Below, in pieces: positions 26,501 to 38,300 of a stretch of DNA of 64,000 bases (positions are counted from its first letter, which is position 1; each line of letters starts with the position of its first letter). Both the position numbers and the translations under genes were made by a program. The notes beneath the pieces were generated by a model, which worked only from the letters and a program-made list of their open reading frames with translations, searched no databases and was not told the origin of the DNA. Origin of the DNA: Octopus vulgaris (Eukaryota); NCBI GenBank assembly GCA_951406725.2, contig OX597824.1:65658001-65722000 (forward strand), given 5' to 3'.

Positions 26501-28164
26501 TATTTCTGGTAGGTTGAGTGAAGAAGTAGGAATAACTAATCATGTCTGAAACACATTTCAGTTGATAGTTGTAATCAGTCCAGTTTACCTCACTTGTGCC
26601 TTATCTTCAAAGCTTTTTGGAGAGACATGGGTGACATCATTCAAGTATTTTCACTATAAATCTAGAACTGTATACTGTGGAAATTACAGTTATTAATGGT
26701 TTTATTGGTATTATCGGTTTGCGTTGGTAAGCTGTGTTCGTAATGTTCAATTTCATATCACAGAAAAATTGTAAAAAGCGAAAAGTTACTGTACTTGATC
26801 TGAGATGTGCTTTGCTCACCTGTAATCTGTATTATCCTCTTTCAGGAAGATGATCTTAAATGGGTTGAAGATAACATCCCTACTTCAGTGGCTGACAAGT
26901 AAGTATATAATTTTCTGAATTTTTCTTTTTTAAGTATATTATGGCTTAGTAGAGGGGGAATATTAGCACCTTTAACCTTTTGCAGGACTTCCAAAGCTGG
27001 TGGGGGAAGAGAGGAGTTATTCTCAGGCTGAAAACTTACTTTGAATGCTTTCAATAGTTAGTTAGCAATCTTGTCTGATGATGTGCCCGATCTAGTTCCA
27101 GCCTCTGCACCTGATTTCATCACTGATCTTGCTGATGTCAAGTATTTTCCATAAGCATACGACTTGGAAGCTGTCCATTGTTTTTTCTTCCATTTTTGTC
27201 ACTTCCCAGTTTCACATCCATAGAGTAATACTGATTGGACCAATGTCTTGAACAGCTTCAGTTTCATTTTGCAGCTTATACCTTTGCTTCTAGCTTTGTT
27301 ACATTGTAGAATGCTCTTCAGGCATTGGATATCTAACAGAGTGGACTCTGCTAAAATAGCTATGCTACACAGCAGTGAAAGATGGGCTGTGACTGCTGAG
27401 TATATGGGTAGGCTTGAAAGAAAGGAAGCTAGTATGCTTCGCTGCACATGCAATGTCAGTGTGCATGTACAACAGAGTGTGAGTGTCTTGAGAGAAAAGA
27501 ATGGCATAAGAGGCATCAGGTGTGGTGTGCAAGAGAGATGACTGCGCTGGTGATGCATGTGGGTGAGGACAGCTGAGCAAAGAAGTGCTGATCTCTGTGG
27601 ACGGAACCAGAGGAAGAGGTAGACATGGGACGGGGTGGTGAAGCATGATCTTTGAATGTTGGGCTTCATGGAGGCGATGACAAGTGACTGAGACCTTTGA
27701 TAATATGTCATGCTTGAGATGACTCATGAAGCCAAGTGAAATTATAGTCATGACTGATGTCAGTGCCATGTAACTGGTATCCATGCTGATGGCACATAAA
27801 AGCACCTGTACCAGTGGCATATGAAAAGCACCCATTACACTCTTGGAGTGTAATAAATTTACGCAAGTAATTCAGACTAATGGTTGGTGTTAGGAAGGGC
27901 ATTCAGCTATAGAAGCCATACCAAATCAGACTGCAACTTGGTGCAGCTCTCTGGCTTACCAGTTCTAGTCAAATTGTCTAACCCATGCCAGCATGGAAAG
28001 CATGTGCCATTAGTAGAAAGGACTACTACTACTACTACTACTAGTAGTAGTGAGTATTTTCACTCTAAAATGTCTTATGTTCTTCTTTCAGGGCCCTGCC
28101 TAGCCTAATTGATTCTGATGAAGAAATCATGACAACAAAGTTTGAAATATCCAAAATGGAGTAA
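1658..28164 (+). CDS. TMEM87A: TMEM87A/B-family GOST (lung 7TM) Golgi membrane protein, 5'-partial, 15 coding exons in window
   Basis: Exons 1658-1753, 4236-4329, 8087-8148, 13239-13359, 14603-14665, 15682-15781, 16992-17085, 19450-19527, 20774-20882, 22857-22915, 24061-24164, 24567-24637, 24881-24954, 26846-26898, 28092-28164 splice in phase. Hallmark peptides [91 protein letters not shown] and C-terminal ..FEISKME* match vertebrate TMEM87A/B as recalled. Confidence 0.96.
2054..2273. mobile_element. piggyBac-type MITE
   Basis: TTAA on both flanks; termini CCTTTAGTATTCA / TGATTACTAAAGGG. Confidence 0.7.
3103..3660 (+). mobile_element. possible Helitron/Helentron-type non-autonomous element
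   Basis: 3' end AAATTTGGTAAAAG..ACAAATAGACAAACTTTC..TTTATTTCATAGAT resembles such termini; boundaries approximate. Confidence 0.35.
4236..4329 (+). CDS. TMEM87A: TMEM87 exon ([31 protein letters not shown])
   Basis: ttcag/gtatgt; TWxDxPY motif. Confidence 0.9.
8087..8148 (+). CDS. TMEM87A: TMEM87 exon ([21 protein letters not shown])
   Basis: ttctag/gtaagt; GYLSAxEWPL motif before TM1. Confidence 0.93.
8336..8945 (-). mobile_element. RTE LINE 3' end with ~65-bp tandem repeats in the 3' UTR
   Basis: Same sequence as 57775-58350; TGGTGCTTTTTATG unit recurs near 8490, 8557, 8622, 8688. Confidence 0.8.
8955..9203 (+). mobile_element. RTE LINE 3' end with (TGA)n tail
   Basis: Reverse complement of the 8336-8600 type sequence; ends GGACGTTAAA(TGA)n. 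Confidence 0.8.
9432..10692 (-). mobile_element. mariner DNA transposon, full length, degraded
   Basis: TA flanks, ~30-bp imperfect TIRs (AGGGTGTTCATTAAAAATTTCC / GGAAATCTTTAATGAAAACCCCT); transposase remnants [26 protein letters not shown]. Confidence 0.9.
10817..12224. mobile_element. element with ~220-bp imperfect terminal inverted repeats enclosing a GIY-YIG remnant
   Basis: 10817-~11035 is the diverged reverse complement of ~12000-12224; internal + frame [38 protein letters not shown]. Confidence 0.65.
11700..11910 (-). mobile_element. CR1/L2-like LINE 3' end
   Basis: [25 protein letters not shown]-terminal motif, short UTR, (TTA)n tail. Confidence 0.75.
13239..13359 (+). CDS. TMEM87A: TMEM87 exon TM1-TM2 ([23 protein letters not shown])
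   Basis: cttcag/gtaaat; conserved motif. Confidence 0.96.
13490..13980 (+). repeat. probable interspersed repeat (SINE-like) with AAT-rich tail
   Basis: GC-elevated block ending GCACTGCTCTCTCACTCAATAAATATAATAG; single copy in the window, so family status is inferred. Confidence 0.4.
14603..14665 (+). CDS. TMEM87A: TMEM87 exon ([21 protein letters not shown])
   Basis: gcag/gtgagt; conserved motif. Confidence 0.96.
15682..15781 (+). CDS. TMEM87A: TMEM87 exon ([34 protein letters not shown])
   Basis: ttttag/gtaagt; conserved motif. Confidence 0.96.
16992..17085 (+). CDS. TMEM87A: TMEM87 exon ([31 protein letters not shown])
   Basis: tatag/gtaagt; conserved motif. Confidence 0.95.
17300..18310 (-). 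mobile_element. R4/Dong-like RLE non-LTR retrotransposon, 3' fragment
   Basis: [13 protein letters not shown] knuckle remnant and [37 protein letters not shown] restriction-like endonuclease C-terminus. Confidence 0.8.
18750..19160 (+). repeat. short interspersed repeat family C (often tandem)
   Basis: GATCAAAG.CATTCCAGCT..TGTGATTTGAGG.AGATTTGGCTGCTATTTCTAG..GTTGGCT also at ~1790-1910, 12940-13130, 22970-23380, 26070-26520, 62395-62890. Confidence 0.7.
19450..19527 (+). CDS. TMEM87A: TMEM87 exon ([26 protein letters not shown])
   Basis: cacag acceptor; ends at U12 donor ATATCCTTT. Confidence 0.93.
19528..20773 (+). other. U12-type (minor spliceosome) AT-AC intron
   Basis: 5' ATATCCTTT, branch-like TTCTTAAT (20758-20765), terminal AC (20772-20773); splicing gives conserved CWW|IF in phase 0. 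Confidence 0.93.
19870..20228 (-). mobile_element. tRNA-headed SINE-like element with degenerate hammerhead-like 3' part and inverted partial copy
   Basis: Minus head GGCGTAGTGGTTAAG..GAGTTCGATTC (A/B box); 19892-19961 is inverted at 20162-20228. Confidence 0.65.
20774..20882 (+). CDS. TMEM87A: TMEM87 exon ([36 protein letters not shown])
   Basis: AC acceptor/gtaagt; conserved motif. Confidence 0.95.
20912..21133. mobile_element. piggyBac-type MITE
   Basis: TTAA flanks, ends ..GGTATCAAAAGGG; second copy at 32207-32406, older copy at ~32900-33100. Confidence 0.75.
22857..22915 (+). CDS. TMEM87A: TMEM87 exon ([20 protein letters not shown])
   Basis: ttgcag/gtaagt; phase-consistent. Confidence 0.92.
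24061..24164 (+). CDS. TMEM87A: TMEM87 exon TM7 ([21 protein letters not shown])
   Basis: aag/gtttgt; conserved motif. Confidence 0.96.
24567..24637 (+). CDS. TMEM87A: TMEM87 exon ([23 protein letters not shown])
   Basis: ttctag/gtcagt; acidic tail. Confidence 0.94.
24881..24954 (+). CDS. TMEM87A: TMEM87 exon ([25 protein letters not shown])
   Basis: ttacag/gtaagt; GMKMR motif. Confidence 0.94.
26213..26443 (+). mobile_element. tRNA-derived SINE family A, full length
   Basis: Head GGCAGCGAGCTGGCAGAAACGTTAG, B-box GAGTTCAAATTC; 13-bp TSD TAAGATAGAATGT (26200-26212 / 26444-26456). Confidence 0.9.
26846..26898 (+). CDS. TMEM87A: TMEM87 exon ([17 protein letters not shown])
   Basis: ttcag/gtaagt; conserved motif. 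Confidence 0.96.
27330..28005 (+). mobile_element. RTE LINE 3' fragment
   Basis: [33 protein letters not shown].. plus the family 3' UTR. Confidence 0.8.
28092..28164 (+). CDS. TMEM87A: TMEM87 last coding exon ([23 protein letters not shown])
   Basis: ttcag acceptor; TAA at 28162-28164; conserved C-terminus. Confidence 0.96.
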
Positions 28165-28803
28165 AAATGACAGATACACCACAGGAAGGACAATCTTGGA
28201 CTTGGTTGTATTGCTACAGAACCGTTATTTATATCAAAGCTACATCTTCACCAAGTTGTGTGTGTATAAAGATATATGTGTGTGTGTTTGCATATCTATA
28301 TGTATGTAGTTTTTGTTTATGTTGTGGTACAAAACCATATAAGTGCTCAATACAATTTTGTTGGAAATGAATGGAGTTTTATATATGTTAATTTTTGTGA
28401 AATTAATGAGAATTAAACACTCCTTAACTGCAAATTCACTTGATAGATCAGTTGTACCATTGCTGACTGAACAGTCTTTTGCAGCTTGGGAGTATACAAT
28501 CTGTTTATTTCCTAGCATTTAACATATGTTCATTCATATATATATATATATATATATAATAAGGCTGTCAAGAATGAAATGTTCAATTTCGAATTGAAAG
28601 TTTATTTTATTTTTGGACATTTCATTCCTAATGACCTAATATATTGCTGGTTTAAGAAATTCAACGTAGCTTACTACTACAAGGTTCTCAAAGTAGTAAA
28701 TAATTAATTGGAGTTTTTAAATATGTATATATATATATATGTATATATACACTCTCAACTTAGTATTGAGTAATCTCTTTGTACTAACCATATATAGCTA
28801 CAT

Positions 28804-28841
<38 letters not shown>

Positions 28842-29697
28842 TATATATATATATATATGTTTGTGTGTGCAACTATATATACACACACGTGGATTTTCTT
28901 CATTGATGTAAAACATTTATTTCCATTGCATCTCACCCCCTGGGGACCATATAACATTTCCAGCTGCCTAAACTTATCCAGATAAGGATCTAACTACATC
29001 TATGTGCACATATGCTCATAGACACACTAACACAAATAGTGAGTATATATGCATGTGTGTGTGTATATATATATATATACACACACTATACACTGAAGCA
29101 TTAATTGAAATTCTAATGGAGTAAAGGGTCATAAAATTAACAAAAATATGCAAAAATAAATCACATAAACTGATGAATAAATATATAGAGGGAAATATTT
29201 GTACAAGAAATTTTTTCCTTTTTTTCTCTTTCTTTATAAATATGCTCTCTCTCTCTCTCACACACACACATATTATATGTATATATATATACACACACAC
29301 ACATATCTTTATAGGGAATAGGGAGTACATTTCCATGAGCCCTTGATGCAAAATTTCATTTCTTCTGTTTTTGTACTTAATGAATAAAAAAGATAATCCT
29401 AAATTCTCATGCATATTTAATTTCCACTGTAATGAGGCTCATTGTTTCTCATATCAAACTATGTGCATTCTACACACACACACACTTGCAAAAAGAACCT
29501 AGTATATATAAATCCATATTGAATTTTATGTCTCTATGCAGCATCCACAAATATTTGTTAAAATAATGTTAATGACCTATGTATACATGTATATACATAC
29601 ATACACTAATGCTCTATGGTATTTCACTCTAAGTATATACCTGGAGAAAGATCTATATATTTATGTACGCATGTATATATATTTACATATACATACA

Positions 29698-29734
<37 letters not shown>

Positions 29735-31230
29735 GCAAATATATATAGTTATGTTAAACATCTGCAGTCTCAGCACATACAATACAAAGATGTTATTGAA
29801 TAAGCATTGGTGTATTTATATATACATATATATATATATAAATTTATATTTCATAGAATTATGATCATATGAACATCTGTCTACTTCCAGCATTTGCATT
29901 GTATGTGTGTCTGTGTGTACATATACTTACATGTAGATAAATACATACACACATGTATCTATGCATATACATGTTGTGTTTGTATATATGTGTGTGTATG
30001 AATAAACACATTGCTCCATAAATGCGCACATATAAATGCATAATCATAATATGGCTCAGAGTGTATGAGGCTAATTCTGATAGTATTAAACACTGTAGTA
30101 TGTAAGAGTACGATATAGGAATACACAAGCATGAGTGCACTATGTACATCCTGCCACACACTCATGTGTACATTATTTGGCTGTTATCTTAAATATAACT
30201 GCTGTGCTGAGTTTCACCTCCCAATCTCCAGCTTGTTCATTTTGCTTCTTCATCTTTCTAGTTTCAAAGACCGAAATGTAGACTGTTCCTCTTGTTTTAT
30301 TTTTGCCTTTCTTTTATTTTGGTTTATTTGTTAATTTTTTTTCCTGCACTATTGACCTATGCAGCTGCACACCTATGTGCAGAGATAATCTTAGCTGGTT
30401 TAGATTGATAATAGGTAGTTTGTTTTTGCTTGAGGAAAAGATCTAAGGTAGCACCTCTATAAACAATCCAAAAGTGGAATGGTATACACACACACATACA
30501 CATGCATTGTACGTATTTGTCATTCTACAACTGTCTTTCAAAATTTGAAACATTTGGAGTAACTAAAAGTTTTTCAAGGTAAGAATCATAACTTTACGTA
30601 AGCAATTAAGACTAGTAATTTATATTTGTTATGAAGTGGGGAAAAGAAATAAAATAAAAGTTATAGGTTGTTATAAAGAATTATGTGATCACCTCTACAA
30701 TCCACCACAGCCAACAAGATATATAAATATATGTTGTCAATCACAGCATGCAATGGTTGCAGCTGCTAACCTTTTGTTATGTGTACATATTTTCAGCTGG
30801 GTTGCCATTTAACTAGAGATGGTTAATTATCTTTGATGCATACAAAAAGAAAAAAAAAACACTCTAAAGAAAGATTTGCTTTCATGTTGAATGTGCCAGG
30901 GTTATGTGGCTTGAGGTTGAATGAATGGTGGTGACCCAGTCTCTTCAAATTTATTCCTGTTTGCATTATTATGTTGTTATTATAATATTGCATTGATAAG
31001 TTTGGATGAAGATTGAGACATTAAACAAAATTTAAAAAATTAAATATAATTGAATTAAAAAAAAAAACAATGTATCATCATACGGTTTGAATGATTTCTT
31101 TTTTTAAATTTGATTTTATTATATTTAATATCTTGAAGTGTTTACATGAAATACATTAGGGTTATTAAAAGGGAAACCATACATATTTGTTGCAATAAAG
31201 CTGTATTGCGCAATTGTGATTTTTCTACTT
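28165..31230 (+). other. probable long TMEM87 3' UTR with candidate poly(A) signal
   Basis: ~3 kb with microsatellites but no recognisable SINE/LINE; AATAAA at 31194-31199 followed by a T/GT-rich tract, after which interspersed repeats resume. Confidence 0.5.
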
Positions 31231-31400
31231 TGTTATTTATTCCACACAGAATTTTTTTTCTCTTCCTTTTTTTTTTTTTTAGGTATAGGCATGGCTGTGT
31301 GTTTAAGAAGTTTGATTCCCAACCATGTAGTTTTGTGTTGTCTCACTGCATAGCACTAGCCAACCAGTCTAGTGAGTGGATTTGTTTGATGGAAACTGAA

Positions 31401-31619
31401 GGCAGTGAGCTGGCAGAAACGTTAGCGTGCCAGGTGAAATGCATAGCAGTATTTCGTCTGCTGTTACATTCAGAGTTCAAATTCTGCTGAGGTCAACTTT
31501 GCCTTTCATCTTTTCGGGGTCGATAAATTAAGTATCAGTTACACACTGGGGTCGATGTAATCGACTTAATTCCTTTGTCTGTCCTCTCTATGTTTAGCCC
31601 CTTGTGGGCAATAAAATAA
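31401..31619 (+). mobile_element. SINE family A nested in a family B SINE (31288-~31830)
   Basis: 10-bp TSD GGAAACTGAA (31391-31400 / 31620-31629); the host continues on both sides. Confidence 0.85.
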
Positions 31620-32206
31620 GGAAACTGAAAGGAGCCAATTGTGTGCGTGCACATCCCTTCATCCTGGCAGTGGGTGATAGCTGTGAATGAGTGTCAAAAA
31701 TATGTTCACTTATGGTGAAATATTATCTTACTTGGAAACATGTTAGGGTAACCCTAATTGGCAACAGGAAGAGCATCTGCCTCAAAGAATTCCGTTTGTC
31801 CCTTGTAAACTTAGAAAAGAGGACAATAAAATATTGACTATATTATTGCCACACCAGAGCACCCAGTTAAATACCAATGAGTCAATGGAGTCTCAGAGTG
31901 GTTAGCCATCTAGCTAAAAACAGCAGCTGAATTCTTTCTCAAATTGCATGGTACACTGAATGCTGTAAGCTTAGATGCATTATGTCTGACTAAAAGATAA
32001 TACGATGGATGGAATGCCTTTGGTCAAGGTTGGCCTGGGAATAAACAACGAAGTATTTAGTGTTGTCCTACTGTTCTCAAAGACTGCACAACCCAACCTT
32101 CTGGAAGTCAATAACACATCAGAAATACACTATGTATATGCAGTGTCAAAACAAGATTTGTTCTTTTCACAAACCGATTTTGTGTTTAAATTAAAATGTA
32201 CATAGT

Positions 32207-32406
32207 TTAATCTTGGTGCCATATTTTTTTTTGTTTCTTTCAATTAATTTTGAATATAACAAAGAATTTAGTAAAATAACTAAGTCATAAGGAACATAAA
32301 TTGTGACTAAAGTTTGGTGGAAGATATTAACTCAGAACTTTTGTAAACAAAACACTTGTACTAGAGCCAGAGGCAGTTTCAACTGGGTTGGTATCGAAAG
32401 GGTTAA
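32207..32406. mobile_element. piggyBac-type MITE (same family as 20912-21133)
   Basis: high similarity to that copy, ends GAAAGGGTTAA. Confidence 0.7.
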
Positions 32407-33962
32407 ACCCTCAAGGCTATTTCTAAGAACTATGGGTCAAAAGCGTTTCAACTATAACTACCATGACTTCCTAAGCAGAATACATCCAGGACTTCATTAC
32501 CAATGTATCCTTTTCCTAAGCAGGAGTTTGACCTATTTCATAGCAGCTCTCATAAATGTGTGTGGATAAGAATCGAAATTAGAACCATACTGAAGAAACT
32601 TTAGCCAAGAAATTCACAAGGGAGACAACTTAATTAGAAGTTGAATTGGTTGCATGTTGAGTAAAGTGAATGATTTTTGACAAACTCCCAGCATTTTCCA
32701 TTTTATAAGACATCAATGATGCATAATTTAACCAGTATTTATCAGATTTAAAGACAGCTGAAAGATATTTACTGATTAGACAAAAACACTGATAAGGGAA
32801 AAGTTTCCCAGTAATGCTTTCAACATGAACAGTTAACTGCAGGGTAGCATAACTAAAGATAGGTGAAAATAAGACAACGGAGCACCAACCATATATTAAC
32901 AGAACTTTAATTAAAAAACACTGCCTTTGTTTCAGTGGATTTTTTTTTTAATGAAGAATGTAGTAATTTTATCATTATGAATTTGGTGTTGAAAGCGAAT
33001 CAACATGAAATCTCAATGGTAAGTTTTAATTAAGATAACTTTAAAACAAAGTTTGTATCAAGAACCAGAGGCAATCTTGGGGTGGTTTTGAAAAGGGTTA
33101 ATAACACAAATACAATTGTTATTCAGCCCTCAGATAAACTGCAGACCACCAGATTTAAATTTAAAAAAATGCAGTCATCACTATCTTGTCTTCCTCCCAT
33201 TACCATATACATATTTGGGACTACATTATTCAGATAAAGGGACAAGCTTAAGAAGGTTTAAATCCTAAACATAATTGTAAAGAATTCATTATTTTCAAAA
33301 GTAAGGCAGTGTATTTCAACAGAAATATATTAACAGAAGGGTTAAAATTGCCCAGCATCACAAAGAAAAATTACATGGATGCAAACTTTGGTTTTGTCTT
33401 CTCAATAATAATGACAAAGGGATGCTAAAAATTTCACTAATACTTGATGGCAGATGCTGAGATCTCATTTCAGAACCATTGGCCTAGTTTAACTGAGACA
33501 ACATTATCCTAAGTATCTTTTTACTTGTGTAAGATGCTACGGTTTGTTAAAGGTGACTTAACAGCTTTCTTTAACAAGTTGAGCAAACACAGGCTTTTTC
33601 ATTGGCTCACACACCTCCCAAGTTTTAGTTTAAATTTTGTGTTAGGATCAATTTTATTACTTAACATCACAGCTGTTGTGCTCCATAAATCAATCTATTT
33701 TTTCATAACATGTTGACAATGGACAACTTGAGATGGCTGTATAGAATCTTAATAGCTTGCAGTAACGTAAGTCACCTAACAATTACAAACCTATTTAGGT
33801 TAGGCATAATGCTAGACCAGATACAATAAGAGATAGTTTACTAGACAGCAGATAAATAAAAAAGCCTTGTGACTTAAATTACACAGACATCATCTGCATG
33901 TAAAACAAAAAGTGAAGTTAATATTAATATACTTGATGCCTTAAGTACCAAGTTGATTATTA

Positions 33963-34758
33963 CGAGGTGGTATCAAAAAGTTCTCCGGCTAATTCTGTAG
34001 CACACCAACGGAGCTAGCAGTGACCTTCATGAGGCAGTGTGCCAAGTGATATTGCTGTATTTACTTTGCAATTTGTGATCACATATGCTGTAGTCTACAA
34101 TTTTGTCATGGACAGGAACAAAGAGCCAACATGAAATTTTGCATTAAACTTGGGCAGTTTACCAGAGACATGGAGCATGCTTCAGCAAGCCTGTGGTGAC
34201 AAGGCAATAGGTCATATGCAATGTTTCAAGTGGCACAGATACTTCAAAAGCAGAAAAATGTCCCTGGAAAATGATGAGCAATTAGGAAGACCTGCCATGA
34301 GTGGTACTCTGGAAATGTGGTATTGTGCATCAAGAATTTGTCACCCAGGGCCAGACAGTCAAGAGTTCTACAACATTTAGAAGTGTTTGAAGGAGGACAT
34401 TTGGAAAAAGCAACCAGATCTGTGGAGCATGAAGAACTGGATTCTTCAGTGACAATGCACCATCACCAAGCTCTCCTCACCGAAAACAACATGGTATTGC
34501 TTCCACACCTGGCCTATTTGCCAGATTTAGCACCTGCAGACTTCCATCTGTTCCTCAAGATGAAAATGCAACTCAAAGGTCACTGTTTTAAGATCAAGAG
34601 CGAATTGCAAAAGGTCTCCAAATCACAGAAAATGAGTTCCAGGCCAGATTCTAAAAGTAGCAGGAATGCTGTATTGCAGAGTAAGGTGACTATTTCAAGA
34701 TGATGTTAAAACTTATTTACCTAAGTAACTAGTCCAGGAACCTTACGATATCACCTCG
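33963..34758 (+). mobile_element. mariner DNA transposon, internally deleted
   Basis: TA-CGAGGTGGTATC / GATATCACCTCG-TA termini; KWHRYFKS..ENDEQLGRP and LPHLAYLPDLAPADFHLFLKMK. Confidence 0.88.
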
Positions 34759-35374
34759 TATATGCTCCCAAGCCATATTAATCAATGGCTAATATTTCAA
34801 ACATTCTAGTAAGGATAAACATAATTTTGGACATGATTTGGTCTTAGCATAGACTTCACTACATTTGCAAATGTAGAAATGAAAAATCACAATGGGGATG
34901 TGCAATATAATATGTGAAAAGCAACACATTTTTGAGAATAAATTACTGAGATGCCACTTGTATGAAAAACCATTTAGAGTTAAAACGCTTTTATGAACAA
35001 AAGACAATATAAGTCAACAAGTAACATATGTTAATAACAAGTAACTGAACATTTGTGGTATAAATGATCAAGTATAAAATAACCTAAGGTAACATCTAAA
35101 CCTACAAAAGACACCACCAGTGGAAATGTGGCTGCAAAAAATTTTAATAAAGACAAATAAAATCATAAAAGAAAACATTTTTTTTTATTATCAAATCGTA
35201 ATGTGAGAAGGATGAGCAAATATACAATGAAAGATGATTTTTAAAAATGTGAAGGATCTTACTGAGTTTTATTAAATCAAAACTACAGTAAGTTGTGCTG
35301 TACTAGCTATCACAAAGGATTCCATTAAAACAGTGCAATGATAATGGCAACATGCTTCCTCCTGCTACAGCTGG

Positions 35375-35387
35375 TTAATTTGATGAA
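35375..35387 (-). CDS. PCLAF: PCLAF probable terminal exon (SSSN*)
   Basis: strong polypyrimidine tract plus cag acceptor, TAA, downstream AATAAA on minus (35268-35273). Confidence 0.65.
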
Positions 35388-38300
35388 CTGAAAAAAAAAA
35401 AGAAGAGATTATTAGTCATATGATATACAAAATCTTTTCTTCAATAACCCATTCCACCCTCATCTATTCCCACCTTCTATATCCCCATTTCTTCTCACAC
35501 CTTCCATGTACACTTGCCCTTAAGATAGCCTTATACAACCCGCCTTACACCTTTCTACCCCACTCCTCCCTTTATCACATACCTAACATCAATCCTATTC
35601 CTCTTCCTGCTATATTTCCCTCTCCTACCAACTCAATAGTGTCTCCTCTATTATGAGACTCCCTACTACCACCCTCTTACAAGAAACCTGTTCCTCTAAT
35701 TCTACTTCACCCTCTTTTCTATTCTTCAGTTATAGGAGCCACTTAAGGCCCTTAGCTTTGCAAGTTGGAAAGCAACACTATTAGCATTGATGCTACAAAA
35801 AAGAAAGAAAAAAAAAAGCACCCTGGTTGAGTTATGTCAAGGGATGTGCATCCAACCATAGAAACCATGCCAAAATAGACATTGAAGCAAGATGTAATGC
35901 TCTGATTTGTTGGATCTTGTCAAATCATACAACCTGTGTCAGCATGGAAAGGGGGCATTAAGTGATATTAGAGAAGCTCAAAGTTTACTAGTAGTTCAAA
36001 TACCATATTAGGTTCTCTGAGTTTCTGAACAAAAAAACTTAAGTGTTCAAAAATAGCAATCAAATTTGAAAATACTTATCACAACAGACTGATATTCTAT
36101 TACAGGTCACATTGCTCAAATACCTAACATCTACTCCCTCACTGAATGGGAGATTATATGTTTTTATGAACATCAAGGCTTTGTTGACATATAAGAAAAA
36201 ACTACTAAATTTGATCAGGACATTATTTTCAGTTAGAATAATTATATGTAGATATTTATTTTGTATCACAACTCCCGCAGTACACTTTTTTGTAATGAGA
36301 GGGAATTATTTAAAGGAGATTTAGTTGGTATTTCTAGCAGATAGTGACCTTGACATGTGCGAAGTGTAATTGTAATGTTAACATTCAGTGCCAGATGTAT
36401 ACTGCATGTACAATTTGAAAACATATGGATAAGATTGGGCTTATTGGTACTATGTAAATGTTGGAACTCCCTGTTCCCTTTTTTAAATAAAGAAGTATAA
36501 CTAAAATTTCAAGCAGTTAGTTCATAACAAGAAGATTGTTTGAAATTATAAGATATTGAAATAAAAGTGCATGAAATATAAAACGGGTTTAGAGAAAACT
36601 GTTCTATGTAGTAGCAGCCTTTACACAAATCAGTTGAAAATAAATACTCACCTCTCCTCTGAAGTTGTTTGATCTCCAATTTTCTGAATAGTGCTGCTTT
36701 CACTACTTTTGTTGTTGTTGCTGCCATTAGACTTGAAAAAATTTGTAATATTCTTCTGCCAATCTGGAGTTGGCCGTGAACAGACTGGGTTACCTCCTGA
36801 ATATTTGTCTGCATGAAAGAAAATTTATACGTCTCGTCAGTTTTTATCCAACAACAGACAAAATTTGACAAATCAGTTTGTAAGGTAATCACACCAAAAT
36901 GGGTTGTGTAGTGTAATCCTAGATAACCCTAGATATCAAGAGCACAACAGGAATGCTTTTGACCGGAGCTAAATAAAAACATACCCATGTTTACTAGTAA
37001 AAAAATAGTTATGCATAAGGCACTCCACTAGCCAGTTAATATCATACTTGATTATGCAATTGCAAAATTTGCAGAAACAATATTTCTGATTAGGCACAAG
37101 ACCAGCAATTTTGAGCAAAGGAGTTAATAGTACCACCAACTTCAGTATTTCGCTAGTATTTACTTTATAGACTTTGGAGGAATGAAAAAGTTGACCTTAG
37201 TGAGATTTGAACTCAGAACATAAAGAGCAATAATAATTTTTTTAAATTTTGGCACAAGACCAGCAACTTTGAGAGGGAAAGGAAAATTGGTTACACAAAA
37301 TCCAGTGCTCAAATGGAACTTCTTTTATTGACCCTTGAAAGGATGAAAAGTAAAGGATGGCAGAATTTGAACTCAGAACATAAAGAGTCAGAAGAAATGC
37401 TGCTAAGTATTTTGCCCAACAGATAATGATTCTACTAGTTTGCCACTTTTAATAATAATAACCCTTTCTACTATAGGCACAAAGCCTAAAATTTTGGAGG
37501 AGGGGACTAGTCAATTACATCGACCCCAATGCTTCATCATCATTGTTTAACATCCATTTTCCATGCTAGCATGGGTTGGACGGTTCAACCAGGGTCTGGG
37601 AAGCCAGGCTCCAATCTGATCTGGCAGCATTTCTACAGCCGGATGCCCTTCCTAACGTCAACCACTCCGTGAGTGTAGTGGGTGCTTTTTACGTGCCACC
37701 GGCACAGCGGCCAGAGGAGGCTGGCAAACGGCCACGATCAGTTGGTGCTTTTTATGTGTCACAGACACGGATGCCAGCCAGGCGGCACTGGCATCGGCCA
37801 CATTTGGATGGTGCTTTTTACATGCCACCAGCACGGGTGACTCCGAAAGGATGAAAGGCAAAGTTGACCCCAGCAGAAATTAAACTCAGACTGTAAAGAT
37901 GAACCAAATGCCACTAAGTGTTTCACCCTGTGTGCTAACAGTCCTGCCAGTTCACCACCTTAATAATAAAACAACAACAAAAATATAAAAGCAAAAGTGA
38001 AAAATACTTAAAATACTGTCCACTATTGCAGCAGAGTTGGGTTAATAAAGGAAAAATTGAACTTACTTGATGTACTTGGAGATGAGGGTTCTGAGCTGGT
38101 GCAAGGACCAAGACTTTTGCGGGGTGCCCGAGCAGCCACAGCTGAATAAATGGAAAATAGGTAGAATCAGGGATGAAAAATTAACATATAGGATGGCACC
38201 TTTCCCTTTAGGTAACCAATAATTTTAAACTAAAGCTTCTTTGTATATATTTATTTCTTCACAAATGTCATCTCTTCAAGATTAAAGCATAAATTTTTTA

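Noticed and set aside
29016-30165. ORFs rich in Y/I/H/T/C/V (also 47141-47486 and 48413-49037)
   Set aside because: They are translations of (TA)n/(CA)n microsatellites.
36509-36892. 127-aa ORF from the track
   Set aside because: It overlaps PCLAF exon 3 in the wrong frame; the PIP-box frame is the conserved one.
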